Of a stretch of 59,867 nt of DNA, positions 39,011 through 49,520 are shown in pieces. The position numbers and the translations under genes are program-made. The notes beneath the pieces are model-generated. The model was not told the origin of the DNA. It saw only the letters and a list, made by a program, of their open reading frames with translations, and made no database searches. How positions within the stretch are numbered: position 1 is the stretch's first letter; every line of letters begins with the position of its first letter. This DNA is from Sedimentibacter sp. GTDB lineage: Bacteria > Bacillota > Clostridia > Tissierellales > Sedimentibacteraceae. The stretch is taken from contig DATESJ010000123.1 in the NCBI GenBank assembly GCA_035270885.1, positions 1 through 59,867 on the forward strand. Reading direction: 5' to 3'.

Positions 39011-40702
39011 TTATGAAATAACTTCCCTTATTCTTTTTTCTACATCTCCTATAAAATCCTTTAAATCAGCTTTTCCCTCTGAGATTTCATATAGTTTTAC
39101 TTCCCAATCTACTGTAGTATTTGGATTTTTAAGGAAGTCTGCTACAAGAGATACTAACTGCTCTCCCTTATCTGTTGAAATAAGTTTCCTGCCTTCTCTA
39201 TTTATAAGCTCTTTTTGGATAAGATTTTCAATTATTCCTGCCCTAGTTGCTGGTGTTCCTAAGCCTTTAGTTTCTATACCTGTATCTTGTTTTGCATCTT
39301 TACCTGCCAGCTCCATATCCTTAAGCAGAGTATCCTCTGTATAAGCTTTAGGTGGATTTGTATATTTTTCATTTGCTTTCTTATCCTCAATCTTAAGACT
39401 ATCACCTTTATTTAACCTTGGAAGAACCTTGTCTTCTTTTTTCTTAGTATATGAAGTAAGGTATTTAGTAAATCCTTCATCTATTACTACCGTTCCTCTA
39501 CTTGTAAATTCATAGCCTTCTACATCACATATAACCTTGGTGTTTTCAGTAATTAAATTTCCTGCTCTTGCTGCTAGAAGCTTTGCTTTAATAAGCTCAA
39601 ATACCTTTTCCTCTGAAGCTTGTAAACTTCTAGTGTCAAAGTTAAGAGAACCACTTGTTGGTATTATGCCATGATGATCTTCTACCTTCTTAGAGTCAAA
39701 AATACTCTTAAAATTCTTTTCATCAAAATCATTACCAAAAGAATCTATATAAGCTTTAACACTAGAGACCATATCGTCAGTAAGAAACCTACTGTCTGTC
39801 CTTGGATAAGTTATAAGTTTCTTTTCATATAGGCTTTGTGCATAGTCTAAAGTCTGCTTTGCACTATAGCCAAAATACTTATTACACTCTCTTTGAAGTG
39901 TTGTTAAATCAAAAAGTCTATCAGGTTTAGTAATTTTCCTTTTCTTCTCTATTTTCTTTATTTCAAGGTATTCAGGTATAGATAGTAAAAGTTTTTCTGC
40001 CTTTTCTTTTTCATTAATCCTTGATGTCTCCAAGTCAATATCTTGTGCCTTTATCTGAACTGTAAAATACTTTTCTTTCACAAAATTTCTTATAGACTTA
40101 TCCCTATCTACAACCATTGCAAGTGTTGGCGTTTGTACCCTACCTACTGAGTAGTTATTACTATGAAGGCAAGAATAATATCTGGAAAGGTTCATTCCAA
40201 CTAGCCAATCTGCTTGACTCCTTGCTAGTGCTGACCGATATAAGGTTTCATACTCTCTTCCATCTTTAAGATTATTAAAACCTTCTTTTATTGCCCTATC
40301 TTCCATGGATGAAATCCAAAGTCTTTTAACAGTTTTTTTGCACCCTGCCTGATTATAGACCAATCTAAAAATAAGTTCTCCTTCCCTTGCAGCATCACAA
40401 GCATTTATTACTTCTCTGACATTCTTATCTGTTAGTAGTTTTTTTAAAATACCATATTGTTTCTTAGTGTACTTTGAAACTTCATATTTATATTCTTTAG
40501 GAAAGATAGGAAGATCTTCTATATTCCATTTTCTATATTTTTCATCATAAATTTCAGGATTACTCATTCTAATAAGATGTCCTACACACCAGCTTACAAT
40601 ATAATTATTTCCCTCAATATATCCATCTTTTCTTCTTTTAGCACCTAATACTTTGGCTATAGTCATTGCTACACTGGGCTTTTCTGCTATTACTAATTTC
40701 AA
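39011..40702 (-). CDS. topB: DNA topoisomerase III (ICE type)
   Basis: IAEKPSVA, ACDAAREGE, GRVQTPTL, ITYPRTDS, GLGTPATRAGIIE; TTG start. Confidence 0.95.
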   Translation of the reverse strand: MKLVIAEKPSVAMTIAKVLGAKRRKDGYIEGNNYIVSWCVGHLIRMSNPEIYDEKYRKWNIEDLPIFPKEYKYEVSKYTKKQYGILKKLLTDKNVREVINACDAAREGELIFRLVYNQAGCKKTVKRLWISSMEDRAIKEGFNNLKDGREYETLYRSALARSQADWLVGMNLSRYYSCLHSNNYSVGRVQTPTLAMVVDRDKSIRNFVKEKYFTVQIKAQDIDLETSRINEKEKAEKLLLSIPEYLEIKKIEKKRKITKPDRLFDLTTLQRECNKYFGYSAKQTLDYAQSLYEKKLITYPRTDSRFLTDDMVSSVKAYIDSFGNDFDEKNFKSIFDSKKVEDHHGIIPTSGSLNFDTRSLQASEEKVFELIKAKLLAARAGNLITENTKVICDVEGYEFTSRGTVVIDEGFTKYLTSYTKKKEDKVLPRLNKGDSLKIEDKKANEKYTNPPKAYTEDTLLKDMELAGKDAKQDTGIETKGLGTPATRAGIIENLIQKELINREGRKLISTDKGEQLVSLVADFLKNPNTTVDWEVKLYEISEGKADLKDFIGDVEKRIREVIS

Positions 40703-40729
40703 AATATCTCCTCCCTTTTATTTTTGGAC

Positions 40730-40773
40730 AAAAAAATAGCGACCCAGATATATTTACTTATCTGAGCCGCTAT
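40730..40773 (-). terminator. Internal terminator upstream of topB
   Basis: ATAGCGGCTCAGATA...TATCTGGGTCGCTAT-TTTTTT. Confidence 0.75.
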
Positions 40774-40792
40774 CATCTATCTATTTATCTTT

Positions 40793-43111
40793 CTACCAGG
40801 ACTGATTAGGGTATTTAAGGGTAAATGTATATATAATTTTCATCTTGCCTTGGGTACTCTCATCATATTTAGCAGTTTTTGTCTTTAGATTAAACTCCCA
40901 TCCCCTATAACTACTCTTAAAGTCTTTATAATCAACATCTTCTGTTTCCCTTATATATTTTCCATTGCTTTTTATTACACGAGTAAATCTCATTTTCATT
41001 CCAGTCATATCTATGCTTTCACCATCATCATAGGTATTTTTATCAGGTAGGCTTACTAGTTTTTCAGGATACCATTGATTAACTTTGACACCCTCAGGAA
41101 GATTCATATCCTTTAAATTGTTTTTATCCTTTTCTTTTTCAAGGCTTTCCCTCAAATCCTTTACATCATCCTCAAGATTCTCAAATTTTCCCTTGTATTT
41201 CTCATTGTCCTTTTTAAGTTTGTCCTTCTCTTTACTAAGGTTTGAGATTTTATCATCTAGTTTATTTATCTCATTATTTAGCTTTTCCTTGTCCTTACCT
41301 GACTGGTTTTTTTGATTTTCTAGCTCTTTTTCCATCTCTTCCTTTGCCTTTTTCAAGGCTTCTATTTCTTTATTCATCTCATCTAGTTCTTTTCTTAAAT
41401 CTACTTCAAGTAAGTCCTTATCCTTAGCTAATTGTTCAATTTTATCTTCTAGTTCTTCCACCTTTTTATCAAAATCCTCTATAGCTTGATTTAGATTATC
41501 CTCAAGCCTTTCTTTTTCCTTATTTATTAAATCTAAGTCCTTATTTAACTCTTCAATTTCCTCCTTAAGTTTCTCTCTTTCCTCCTTGGTCTTGTTTTTT
41601 TCATCAGCCAGTTCTTTTTCAAGTTCTGCCTTTTCTTCATTCATTTCTTCAATTTTCTTATCTAGGTTATCAATACTATCTCTTAATTCATCTCTTTCTA
41701 ACCTAGACTCTTCTATTTCCTTTTCAAGTTGTTCTTTAATTTCTACCTTTTCCTTATCCAATTGGTCTAGCTTATCATTAAGGTCAGAAATCTTGTTATC
41801 AAGCTCCTCTTTGTCTTTCTCATACTCAGCTTTTTCTTGCTCAAGCCTGTCTTCAAGCTCTTTAATTTTATTATTAAGTTCTTCTTCTACTAAATCTTTT
41901 TCCTTTCTTAGATCTTCAAGATTCTTATCTAATTCTGCAATATCATTTTCAATTTCTTTTCTATCCACCTCCATCTTATTTATTGTATCCTCTAGTTCTT
42001 TTTCTAGGTTTTCCTTAGCTGCATTTAGGTCATCAGTTTTTTGTTTTAAATCGTCTATCTCTTTTTCAAGAGCTTTTTTATCTTCCTCTGATTTTTCCTT
42101 CTCATCTGCTAATTCTTGTTCTAACCTGTCCTTGGCTTTTTCAAGTTCATCAGTTTTATCCTTCAAATCATTTATTTCCTTATTAAGCTCTTCCTTATCC
42201 TTGGCTGCCTGCTCCTTCTCTTTTTCAAACTCCTTTTCAAGTTCTGCCTTTTCCTTATCTAGTTCATCAATCCTATTATTTAGATCTTCTAGTTCCTTCT
42301 CTAATTTTTCCTTTTCTATCTTATCCTTGATTTCATTAGTTAGATCATCAAAAACATCTTCTAAATCATCTGTATCTGAATCTTTAAATTTATCCTTATC
42401 ACTGGCCACATCCTTAAGGAATTCTTTTGCCTGTTCGTTACAATCGACTGCTACCGTATAAATATCAAGGACATCTATATTATCGCTTTTTGCAAGATTT
42501 GCTTCTGCTAAGGCACAAAACTTACCCTTGGCAACTGTTGTATCTTGCCCAGCCTTATCATAATAAAAACTTCCTTCAAGAACCTTTTTATTATTGTTCA
42601 TGTAGTCATCAAGGTCAATCTTTGGTTCATAAATACGATTAGCTTCTCCATCTGAAAGAAGGACTATAATCTTTTTATCTCCTGTAGACTTTTTAAATAT
42701 CATCCTTGCTTCATGAATTCCCCCTTGTGTAAAGGTCATATCCTTTGCAACAAGCCCATCAATAACATTAAATAATTTGCTCTTATCTTTTTTCTGGAAA
42801 AAATCTGTTCCATCATTTTTATAATGGATCACATCAGATGCAAAGCTAATAAGTGCTATATTGGTGTTTATATTATGAGCCTCTTGCTCCTTCCATATAG
42901 CCTCAGCCATATCCTTAGCTGACTTCTTAGCCTTTGTCATTTTAGTCCCACTCATTGATCCTGAAATATCAACTACAAGCACCATATCAACCTCATAAGA
43001 AAATCTATCATTCTTATCATTTGCTAATACAGGGGTTACTAGCCCACACATTATAATAAGGCTTAGTGTCCCCGCTAAGATTTTATTAAATAACCCTGTT
43101 TTTTTACCCAT
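40793..43111 (-). CDS. Secreted vWA-domain protein with long coiled-coil stalk and C-terminal Ig-like domain
   Basis: Signal peptide (VLA-ND), MIDAS DISGS...T...LLSDG, heptad-rich K/E region, LPDKNTYDDGESIDMTGM. Confidence 0.8.
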   Translation of the reverse strand: MGKKTGLFNKILAGTLSLIIMCGLVTPVLANDKNDRFSYEVDMVLVVDISGSMSGTKMTKAKKSAKDMAEAIWKEQEAHNINTNIALISFASDVIHYKNDGTDFFQKKDKSKLFNVIDGLVAKDMTFTQGGIHEARMIFKKSTGDKKIIVLLSDGEANRIYEPKIDLDDYMNNNKKVLEGSFYYDKAGQDTTVAKGKFCALAEANLAKSDNIDVLDIYTVAVDCNEQAKEFLKDVASDKDKFKDSDTDDLEDVFDDLTNEIKDKIEKEKLEKELEDLNNRIDELDKEKAELEKEFEKEKEQAAKDKEELNKEINDLKDKTDELEKAKDRLEQELADEKEKSEEDKKALEKEIDDLKQKTDDLNAAKENLEKELEDTINKMEVDRKEIENDIAELDKNLEDLRKEKDLVEEELNNKIKELEDRLEQEKAEYEKDKEELDNKISDLNDKLDQLDKEKVEIKEQLEKEIEESRLERDELRDSIDNLDKKIEEMNEEKAELEKELADEKNKTKEEREKLKEEIEELNKDLDLINKEKERLEDNLNQAIEDFDKKVEELEDKIEQLAKDKDLLEVDLRKELDEMNKEIEALKKAKEEMEKELENQKNQSGKDKEKLNNEINKLDDKISNLSKEKDKLKKDNEKYKGKFENLEDDVKDLRESLEKEKDKNNLKDMNLPEGVKVNQWYPEKLVSLPDKNTYDDGESIDMTGMKMRFTRVIKSNGKYIRETEDVDYKDFKSSYRGWEFNLKTKTAKYDESTQGKMKIIYTFTLKYPNQSW

Positions 43112-43989
43112 TATATCAAATCCTCCTTTGTGTATTCTGTTTCCTCATCTTCTTCGAAACTTTCTTCATCATCTGAACTAAAGAAATCATCATCTGGAAT
43201 TTCATCATCTTCAAAATCCTCAAATCCATTATCATTGGATTTTACAACCTTAAAGTAGTAACCAGCTCCTCCTACTCCTGCTACTATAAGTAGGACAATT
43301 AAAAAAGAACCCTTAGAATCTTTCTTCTTAGGTTCTTCTGGTTCAGCTTCTTCTTTTTTCACTACTTCTTTTTTAGGTTCTTCCTTAACTTTAGTTGTTC
43401 CATTTCTTTCCTCATCTTGCTCAATCATATTTAGTAAATCCTGTTCAGAAACTTCTGTTAGAAGCTGAACATTTGAATCTGGCTCATCATGATTAATAAT
43501 AAGGTGAAATACCTTGCCACTCTTTGTTTGGAAGGTAAGAAATTCTCTTGCATCAGCCTGTGGTCTTTCCTTCATTTGACCACTACTAGTTTCTTCTATA
43601 ATATCTGTAATCTCACTTCTCCTTGGATATTCCCTATTATCAGCTCCAACAGACTCTGTAATAGTTCCTCTTGCCTGGCTAGGATCTGTAGGCTCATAAG
43701 GATTTTCCTTTGGTATAGTTGATCCTTCCTTGGGCTTATTTACATCTATTAGAAAACCATTGCCTGTTTCTGCTGGATTTAGTGAAGGACTATTAACATC
43801 AACAGTTATATTATCCTCCCTATCCTTGGTAATATCAGGACTAGTAACATCTATTACAAATTCCCTTTCAAGTTCGCCATTAGAGTCAGCTGCAAAGACT
43901 CTAGGCATATAACTTGTTCCAATTGCTCCCACTATAACTATTGCCAACAATATTTTTATAACTTTTCTCTTCTTATTATTCTTTTCCAT
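43111..43989 (-). CDS. CD1107/DUF4366 family ICE membrane protein
   Basis: REFLTFQTKSGKVFHLIINHD..NVQLLTEVSEQDLL, C-terminal TM GGAGYYFK, acidic tail. Confidence 0.8.
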   Translation of the reverse strand: MEKNNKKRKVIKILLAIVIVGAIGTSYMPRVFAADSNGELEREFVIDVTSPDITKDREDNITVDVNSPSLNPAETGNGFLIDVNKPKEGSTIPKENPYEPTDPSQARGTITESVGADNREYPRRSEITDIIEETSSGQMKERPQADAREFLTFQTKSGKVFHLIINHDEPDSNVQLLTEVSEQDLLNMIEQDEERNGTTKVKEEPKKEVVKKEEAEPEEPKKKDSKGSFLIVLLIVAGVGGAGYYFKVVKSNDNGFEDFEDDEIPDDDFFSSDDEESFEEDEETEYTKEDLI

Positions 43990-44248
43990 AGCTTACATTC
44001 TCCTTTTCAAATTCTTTAAATACTTTGTTTTCATTTTTTCTAGTCTTTTCATTTTCAGTAAAAATTTTCACTGCATCTAAAAGATTTATTTTCTGTTCGT
44101 AGCATATGGCCATTATTTCTTGACCCGCTATTTCCTCTTCTTCTAATCTTAGTAGTTCCAGTTCATCTTCACTTTTTTTAATTTGCTCTTTCAACTTCTT
44201 TTGATCTCTTTTTATTTTCTTATATCTGTTCTCTGTTTTTTTATCCAT
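43976..44248 (-). CDS. Small coiled-coil conjugation-region protein
   Basis: RBS present; usual position between hydrolase and CD1107-like gene. Confidence 0.65.
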   Translation of the reverse strand: MDKKTENRYKKIKRDQKKLKEQIKKSEDELELLRLEEEEIAGQEIMAICYEQKINLLDAVKIFTENEKTRKNENKVFKEFEKENVSYGKE

Positions 44249-44267
44249 CCATTAAAACCTCCTTCTT

Positions 44268-46706
44268 TTAATAGGGGAATCCCCATTTTGCACTACTTCC
44301 ATAGTAGGCAATCCAATCTGAAAGCTTGGTATCCTTTACAATACCAATATTTTCTCTTATGATTCCATTGCCGACATAAATACCCACATGGCCATATTTC
44401 TTACCTGCCTGAGTATGATTATGAGTAGGTACTGCTACCATCATTCCAGGCCTCAGCTCTGAAAGGTCACTACTGTCACAATACCAATAATACTGGTCAT
44501 TTGCGTTGCCTCCAGGTCTTGGATAACCTGCATTTACATAAACATTGCTTATCCAGGCTGCACAGTAGCCACCTCCAGCTGTAGGTGTCCTATAAGCTGC
44601 TAATACAAGAGCCTTTTCCTTATCCGATAAGTTAGGGTTGTTTACCAGTTCCCCTATTATTGTGCTATCTGGAATAACAGGAGTTATACCACTCCCACCA
44701 AAGTACTCTTCCATGTTCCCACCTGTTTCAAGGAGTGCTTCATAGTGGGCAAGATTTTCCTCATATCCAGCAAATTCCTCTCTTGCAACAGTATCCAGTT
44801 CCTTTTTAGTGACTGTAACCTTTAGGATATACCAATCATAAGGCTCCATTTCACAGTATCTATCTTCACCACTTCCATAGCACACCTGCCTATATCTGGT
44901 TTCAACTATGGTTTCATAATCAACTTTATACATCTTATTAAATAGGCTTTTTAATTCACCACTTAGGCTCGATACATTAGTTACTTCTCCATGTTTGGCA
45001 GTTATAAAGCTTAAAAGTTCATGAATATCATGACCTATATCAGTATTTCCTCCTACATGATACTCATCATAGCCTGGATAATAACTTTCTATATTGGCAA
45101 GTTCATCTGCTAGTTCATACTCTAGCTTGGTAAACTCACTATTCATATCTGCAAGAGTATCTTCGCCTGACAAATAAGTTGTACTCATAACTTGGCTAGT
45201 TACTGATGATATTCCAGCTAGAAAAAATGTTGCTACTTGGCTCAGGGTCATAAAACCTATAATGGCTATAGCAAGAAGAATAAGGAACTTTCTTATATTT
45301 CTTCTTATTAGTTGGGAACTTCCTTTTAAGATATTTTCCATTCCTTTTTTAAGCCTATCCTTGAAGCCAATCGCAATATTATGCTCTTCATAGATTTTCT
45401 TTTTCATCTTCCTTCTTTTAATCAATTTCTTATAGGCAGTCTTTTTTTGAAATTCTTTTTCACCCTTCAAGCCCTTAATTTCAGTTTTATATTCAGCTCT
45501 TGCCAAATTCTTCTGATGCTTTAAATCTAGCTTTCTTTCAAGCTTTATAGGATTCCTTCTTTGTCTTTGAAGCTTATTTTGGGCATGTCTTGTCATACTT
45601 GCATTTAAGTATAAACCTTTTTCACTTGCATCAATAGCTACATTTTCATCACTTCCAGTCCTAATATATTCAGCAACCAGATAGCTTGCCCCTGAAATTC
45701 CCCCTACAAATTTGCCTGTCTTGTCATACTTAGGCTTATGATAAAGCTTACTTGCCTTTTTCCTTTTTTGAATCAGTTTGCTTTCGCTTTTTCTATATTG
45801 TTTTTCTACCTTCCCATCAAGGGCTATAGCTTGACTTGGAGCTTTTGCACTCGTCTTATGAGCCATGCCATCTTTAAGGTCTTTAACGTCATCTGTAGTT
45901 AATTTTCCATCTTTCTTCTTTATTTTCTTCTGATTATCATATAGAAGTTTTCTCTTATAATAATCTTTCTTCTTACTCTTATCTTTGAAATTATCTACAC
46001 CACTGGCTCTTTCCTCAAAATCTTCTACCTTGACCTCATCGTCTTCCTTATTAGAAATAATGAGATTCTTGGCATCATCTTTAAATAAGGTATTACTTTT
46101 TGTTTCCTTATCTAAGGCTTCATATTTTGGGTCTTCTATCTTCTGCTTTAAATTGTTTATCTGTTTCTGTTTTTTTGCTTTTTCTACATTTATTGAATTA
46201 TCTTGTAAATTATCTAAAGAACCCTTATCATATCCTTTTCTGTCCTCGGATTCATTGACCTTCTTGTTGGTAACCTTAATTTTCTTATGCTTTAATTTTG
46301 CTTTCTTTTTTATAACAGAATCATCAAATCTATCCTTCTCATGAACTCTTTTATCAAGATAATTACTGGTCTTTACCCTTTCACCTATATCTAGATTTTT
46401 TTCTTCTATTATGACTTCCTTTACTTGGCTACTTTCAGTAGTAAGCTTTTCTAAATTATTTAGATCACCAGTCCTTTCTTCCTTAGTCCTATGTTTTTCT
46501 ATTTGCTTTTGAGATAAAGAAAGCCCACCTTTTTTATAAGTGGACTTAATTTCTTTCTCAAAATTATTTAACTTAGACTTCTTTTCTACAATACTTTCTT
46601 GAAATCTTTCACCATCCTTGGTTCTTTTATCCTTGTAATCCTTTGCTTTTTCACGTTTACCTATATCTAGATTTGTTCTCCTTTTTACCTTCTTCTTATC
46701 TTTCAT
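44268..46706 (-). CDS. CD1108-like conjugative cell-wall hydrolase (CHAP/NlpC-P60-type C-terminus)
   Basis: Charged N-terminus, central TM, YPGYDEY, GYCAAWIS...GHVGIY Cys/His dyad. Confidence 0.8.
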   Translation of the reverse strand: MKDKKKVKRRTNLDIGKREKAKDYKDKRTKDGERFQESIVEKKSKLNNFEKEIKSTYKKGGLSLSQKQIEKHRTKEERTGDLNNLEKLTTESSQVKEVIIEEKNLDIGERVKTSNYLDKRVHEKDRFDDSVIKKKAKLKHKKIKVTNKKVNESEDRKGYDKGSLDNLQDNSINVEKAKKQKQINNLKQKIEDPKYEALDKETKSNTLFKDDAKNLIISNKEDDEVKVEDFEERASGVDNFKDKSKKKDYYKRKLLYDNQKKIKKKDGKLTTDDVKDLKDGMAHKTSAKAPSQAIALDGKVEKQYRKSESKLIQKRKKASKLYHKPKYDKTGKFVGGISGASYLVAEYIRTGSDENVAIDASEKGLYLNASMTRHAQNKLQRQRRNPIKLERKLDLKHQKNLARAEYKTEIKGLKGEKEFQKKTAYKKLIKRRKMKKKIYEEHNIAIGFKDRLKKGMENILKGSSQLIRRNIRKFLILLAIAIIGFMTLSQVATFFLAGISSVTSQVMSTTYLSGEDTLADMNSEFTKLEYELADELANIESYYPGYDEYHVGGNTDIGHDIHELLSFITAKHGEVTNVSSLSGELKSLFNKMYKVDYETIVETRYRQVCYGSGEDRYCEMEPYDWYILKVTVTKKELDTVAREEFAGYEENLAHYEALLETGGNMEEYFGGSGITPVIPDSTIIGELVNNPNLSDKEKALVLAAYRTPTAGGGYCAAWISNVYVNAGYPRPGGNANDQYYWYCDSSDLSELRPGMMVAVPTHNHTQAGKKYGHVGIYVGNGIIRENIGIVKDTKLSDWIAYYGSSAKWGFPY

Positions 46707-46707
46707 T

Positions 46708-49158
46708 TTAATCTACTTCCTCAGGTTTTGTTGTCATTTTTTGATACAAGATTGTATCTTTAGGGAACTTGTCAACAAAGGGAACAATAGTATTCCCAAA
46801 GAATAAAAGCCCCTCTCCTGCATTAGAATTTGTTACATAGTTTAATTGAAAAGGAGAAATTTTAAGTTTTTTAGCTAGGATTTCCCTATCTCCAGAAGCC
46901 TGGTTAAGCATAAGGACAAAGTCTGTATTATCAAAGATATTTTCAATTTCTGCACTTCCTAAAAGGTCTTTTACGTTTTGTGTTATACCTGTTGGAACTC
47001 CACCCCACTTTCTAAATCTTTTCCATATTTCAACTGAATATTGGGCAGTTTGTTGGTCTTTTAAAAGCAAGTGAAACTCATCAATATAGTATCTTGTTGC
47101 CCTATTAGCCCCCCTATTTGAGGATACCTTATTCCATACCTGGTCCTGTATAACTAACATTCCTATTTTCTTCAGTTGATTTCCCAGTTCCTTTATATCA
47201 AAGCATATAAGCTTTTTATTAAGGTCTACACTGCTTCTATTATTAAATACATTTAAAGAACCTGTAACATAGATTTCCATTTCTGTAGCCAGTTTCCTTC
47301 CTACACTTTCTTCCTGTTCTTGGAGAAGGTTATAAAGGTCACTTAGTATAGGCATATTTTCAGGTTTAGGGTCTGCAAAATAATCCTTGTATATCTTAGG
47401 CAAACACCTATCTATTACAGACTTTTCAGCAGCAGTTAAACCACTACCCCCTACTACAAGTTCGAGCATACTCATTATAAAGTTCGCCTTATCTTTAAGA
47501 GGTGCATCTCCATCCCCATAATTCATATTAATATCAAGGGGATTTAGATAATCCTTAGACTTAGCTGAAATTTTAATAATCTCACCCTTAAATTGTTTTA
47601 CAAGACTTCCATACTCTCCCTCTGGATCTGTGATTATTACATCATCATCTGTTACTAAAATAGCATTTGCCATTTCCCTTTTGGCTGCAAAGGATTTACC
47701 AGACCCTGGTGTTCCTAGAATAAGCCCATTTGGATTTTTTAATTTCTTCCTGTCTGCCATTATGAGGTTATGTGAAAGGGAATTAAGCCCATAATACAAG
47801 CTTGTATTTGAACTCATAAAAAGTTCTTCTGTTGTAAAAGGCATAAATACAGCAGTTGACGAAGATGTTAATTGCCTTTTTATTTCAACCTCATTTACCC
47901 CTAGAGGAAGGACAGACATAAAACCTTGCTCCTGTTGGTGGTCTAGTCTTTTTAAGGCACAGTTATTACGGTTACATATAGAAGATATTTGGGCTATAGT
48001 GTTATCTAGCTTTTCCTTACTTTTGCTTAAATTCATAATAGTAAAGGTTACATAAAACATTCTCTCATCCCTAGATTGAAGGTCGGTCAAAAGATTTTTT
48101 ATATCGCTTCCATATACATTAAGGTCTGATGGGATAATATCCATATCATAACCAGCTCTTACAGCCTTTTTTTGTTCTTCTATCATCATCTTTTGAAGGT
48201 CTGTATTCTTTCTCTTTACCATCTTAATAGCATCTACCTGATCTATGGCATGGATATGAAGACTTACATACATATTATCTTCAATAGAAAGAATTTCAGA
48301 TAAAAACCTATCTGAAAGCTCACTTGCTAAAATCTGAAAATGACTTAAGGCACAGATGTAATTTCCCATCTGCATATATTTAGGACTTATGAACTTGAAT
48401 GCACTAGGCATTATAAGCTTTCTTGTGTCCCTATTTTCAAGTCCTTGTCCATCATAATCAAAGCTATTATCAGGATTTAACATATCATGGAGTAGCTTAA
48501 GCCTTTCATGACCTACTAAGGTTTCAGCCCTTACACCCATACTTTTTAAATTTGATAGGACATCTATCTCTATCCTCTCAAGAACAGGTTTGGCTTGGTC
48601 ATAGCTTTCTGATTTTGTATTAACAACGATATACTTTGATTTTCTAAGACCATTATTACCCTTTGAAAGCTGGTCCTTAAGCATTCCCCTAAATTCTTTT
48701 CTTATCTCATCAAAATCATCTCCCTTATCTGGTATTGTAATTGCATTTTCCATTTCCTTAATTCTTCCTACCTGGTTAACAAAGCTTAGTTGAAGCTCTG
48801 TTGTTGAATCAAAGGAATTTAAAAAGCCTGCAAATTGATTGAAGATAAGATCCCTATCTTCCTCAAGTGCAAGCTGATAATTTATATCCTCATATTTTAT
48901 AACCTTATTGTACTTTCCCTCACCGATATAACAAATACCATTCCTATACATCTTTTTATAAGGAATGGTATCTTCTATGGTATATCTTTTCTTGTCCTTC
49001 TTTAAGAAATCAAGGAATGAAGAGCTTTTCTTATGACTGGACTTAAGATTTCTTGTTTCCCTAGCTACTCTTTTTAGCTCTTTTTCCTTTTTTTGAAGCT
49101 TTTCTTCCTGTTTTTTTCTTTTTTCTAAATTTCTTTGCTGAATTTGATTTTTTCCCAT
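46708..49158 (-). CDS. virB4: VirB4-like conjugal transfer ATPase
   Basis: GTPGSGKS, DPEGEY, YIDEFHLLL, KRFRKWGG.PTGITQN. Confidence 0.95.
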   Translation of the reverse strand: MGKNQIQQRNLEKRKKQEEKLQKKEKELKRVARETRNLKSSHKKSSSFLDFLKKDKKRYTIEDTIPYKKMYRNGICYIGEGKYNKVIKYEDINYQLALEEDRDLIFNQFAGFLNSFDSTTELQLSFVNQVGRIKEMENAITIPDKGDDFDEIRKEFRGMLKDQLSKGNNGLRKSKYIVVNTKSESYDQAKPVLERIEIDVLSNLKSMGVRAETLVGHERLKLLHDMLNPDNSFDYDGQGLENRDTRKLIMPSAFKFISPKYMQMGNYICALSHFQILASELSDRFLSEILSIEDNMYVSLHIHAIDQVDAIKMVKRKNTDLQKMMIEEQKKAVRAGYDMDIIPSDLNVYGSDIKNLLTDLQSRDERMFYVTFTIMNLSKSKEKLDNTIAQISSICNRNNCALKRLDHQQEQGFMSVLPLGVNEVEIKRQLTSSSTAVFMPFTTEELFMSSNTSLYYGLNSLSHNLIMADRKKLKNPNGLILGTPGSGKSFAAKREMANAILVTDDDVIITDPEGEYGSLVKQFKGEIIKISAKSKDYLNPLDINMNYGDGDAPLKDKANFIMSMLELVVGGSGLTAAEKSVIDRCLPKIYKDYFADPKPENMPILSDLYNLLQEQEESVGRKLATEMEIYVTGSLNVFNNRSSVDLNKKLICFDIKELGNQLKKIGMLVIQDQVWNKVSSNRGANRATRYYIDEFHLLLKDQQTAQYSVEIWKRFRKWGGVPTGITQNVKDLLGSAEIENIFDNTDFVLMLNQASGDREILAKKLKISPFQLNYVTNSNAGEGLLFFGNTIVPFVDKFPKDTILYQKMTTKPEEVD

Positions 49159-49489
49159 TAATGCTTTGCTCCTCCTTCCTCATTTCTATAAACCTCTCCT
49201 TACTAACCCTAACCTTAGGTTGGTGCCTTTCATGGAGATAAATATATTTCAGATATTTCTCACATGTAAGCCCATCCTTCTCATAAAAAACTACAAAGAA
49301 AATAGGGATAGTTAGTATAATCATTAAAAATACAGCTAGGTCATTACCAAGAATATTTCTTGTTTTTAGATATGTTGGAATTCCAATAATACCTGCTACT
49401 GCAAAGCCTATTAGCTGCCTTTTGGTCAGATTAAAAGCTACTTTTGTTTTAACATTGGTTAAATCTTTGGGTATCTGAACATAAGCCAA
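49061..49489 (-). CDS. prgI: PrgI family protein
   Basis: MAYVQIPKDLTNVKTKVAFNLTKRQLI, two TM helices. Confidence 0.9.
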   Translation of the reverse strand: MAYVQIPKDLTNVKTKVAFNLTKRQLIGFAVAGIIGIPTYLKTRNILGNDLAVFLMIILTIPIFFVVFYEKDGLTCEKYLKYIYLHERHQPKVRVSKERFIEMRKEEQSINGKKSNSAKKFRKKKKTGRKASKKGKRAKKSS

Positions 49490-49520
49490 TCTTTATCACC
49501 TCACTACTTCCTTAGCTTTT

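Noticed and set aside
41586-42461. 291-aa plus-strand Ser/Leu/Phe-rich ORF
   Set aside because: Antisense shadow of the K/E coiled-coil codons of the vWA protein; no independent features
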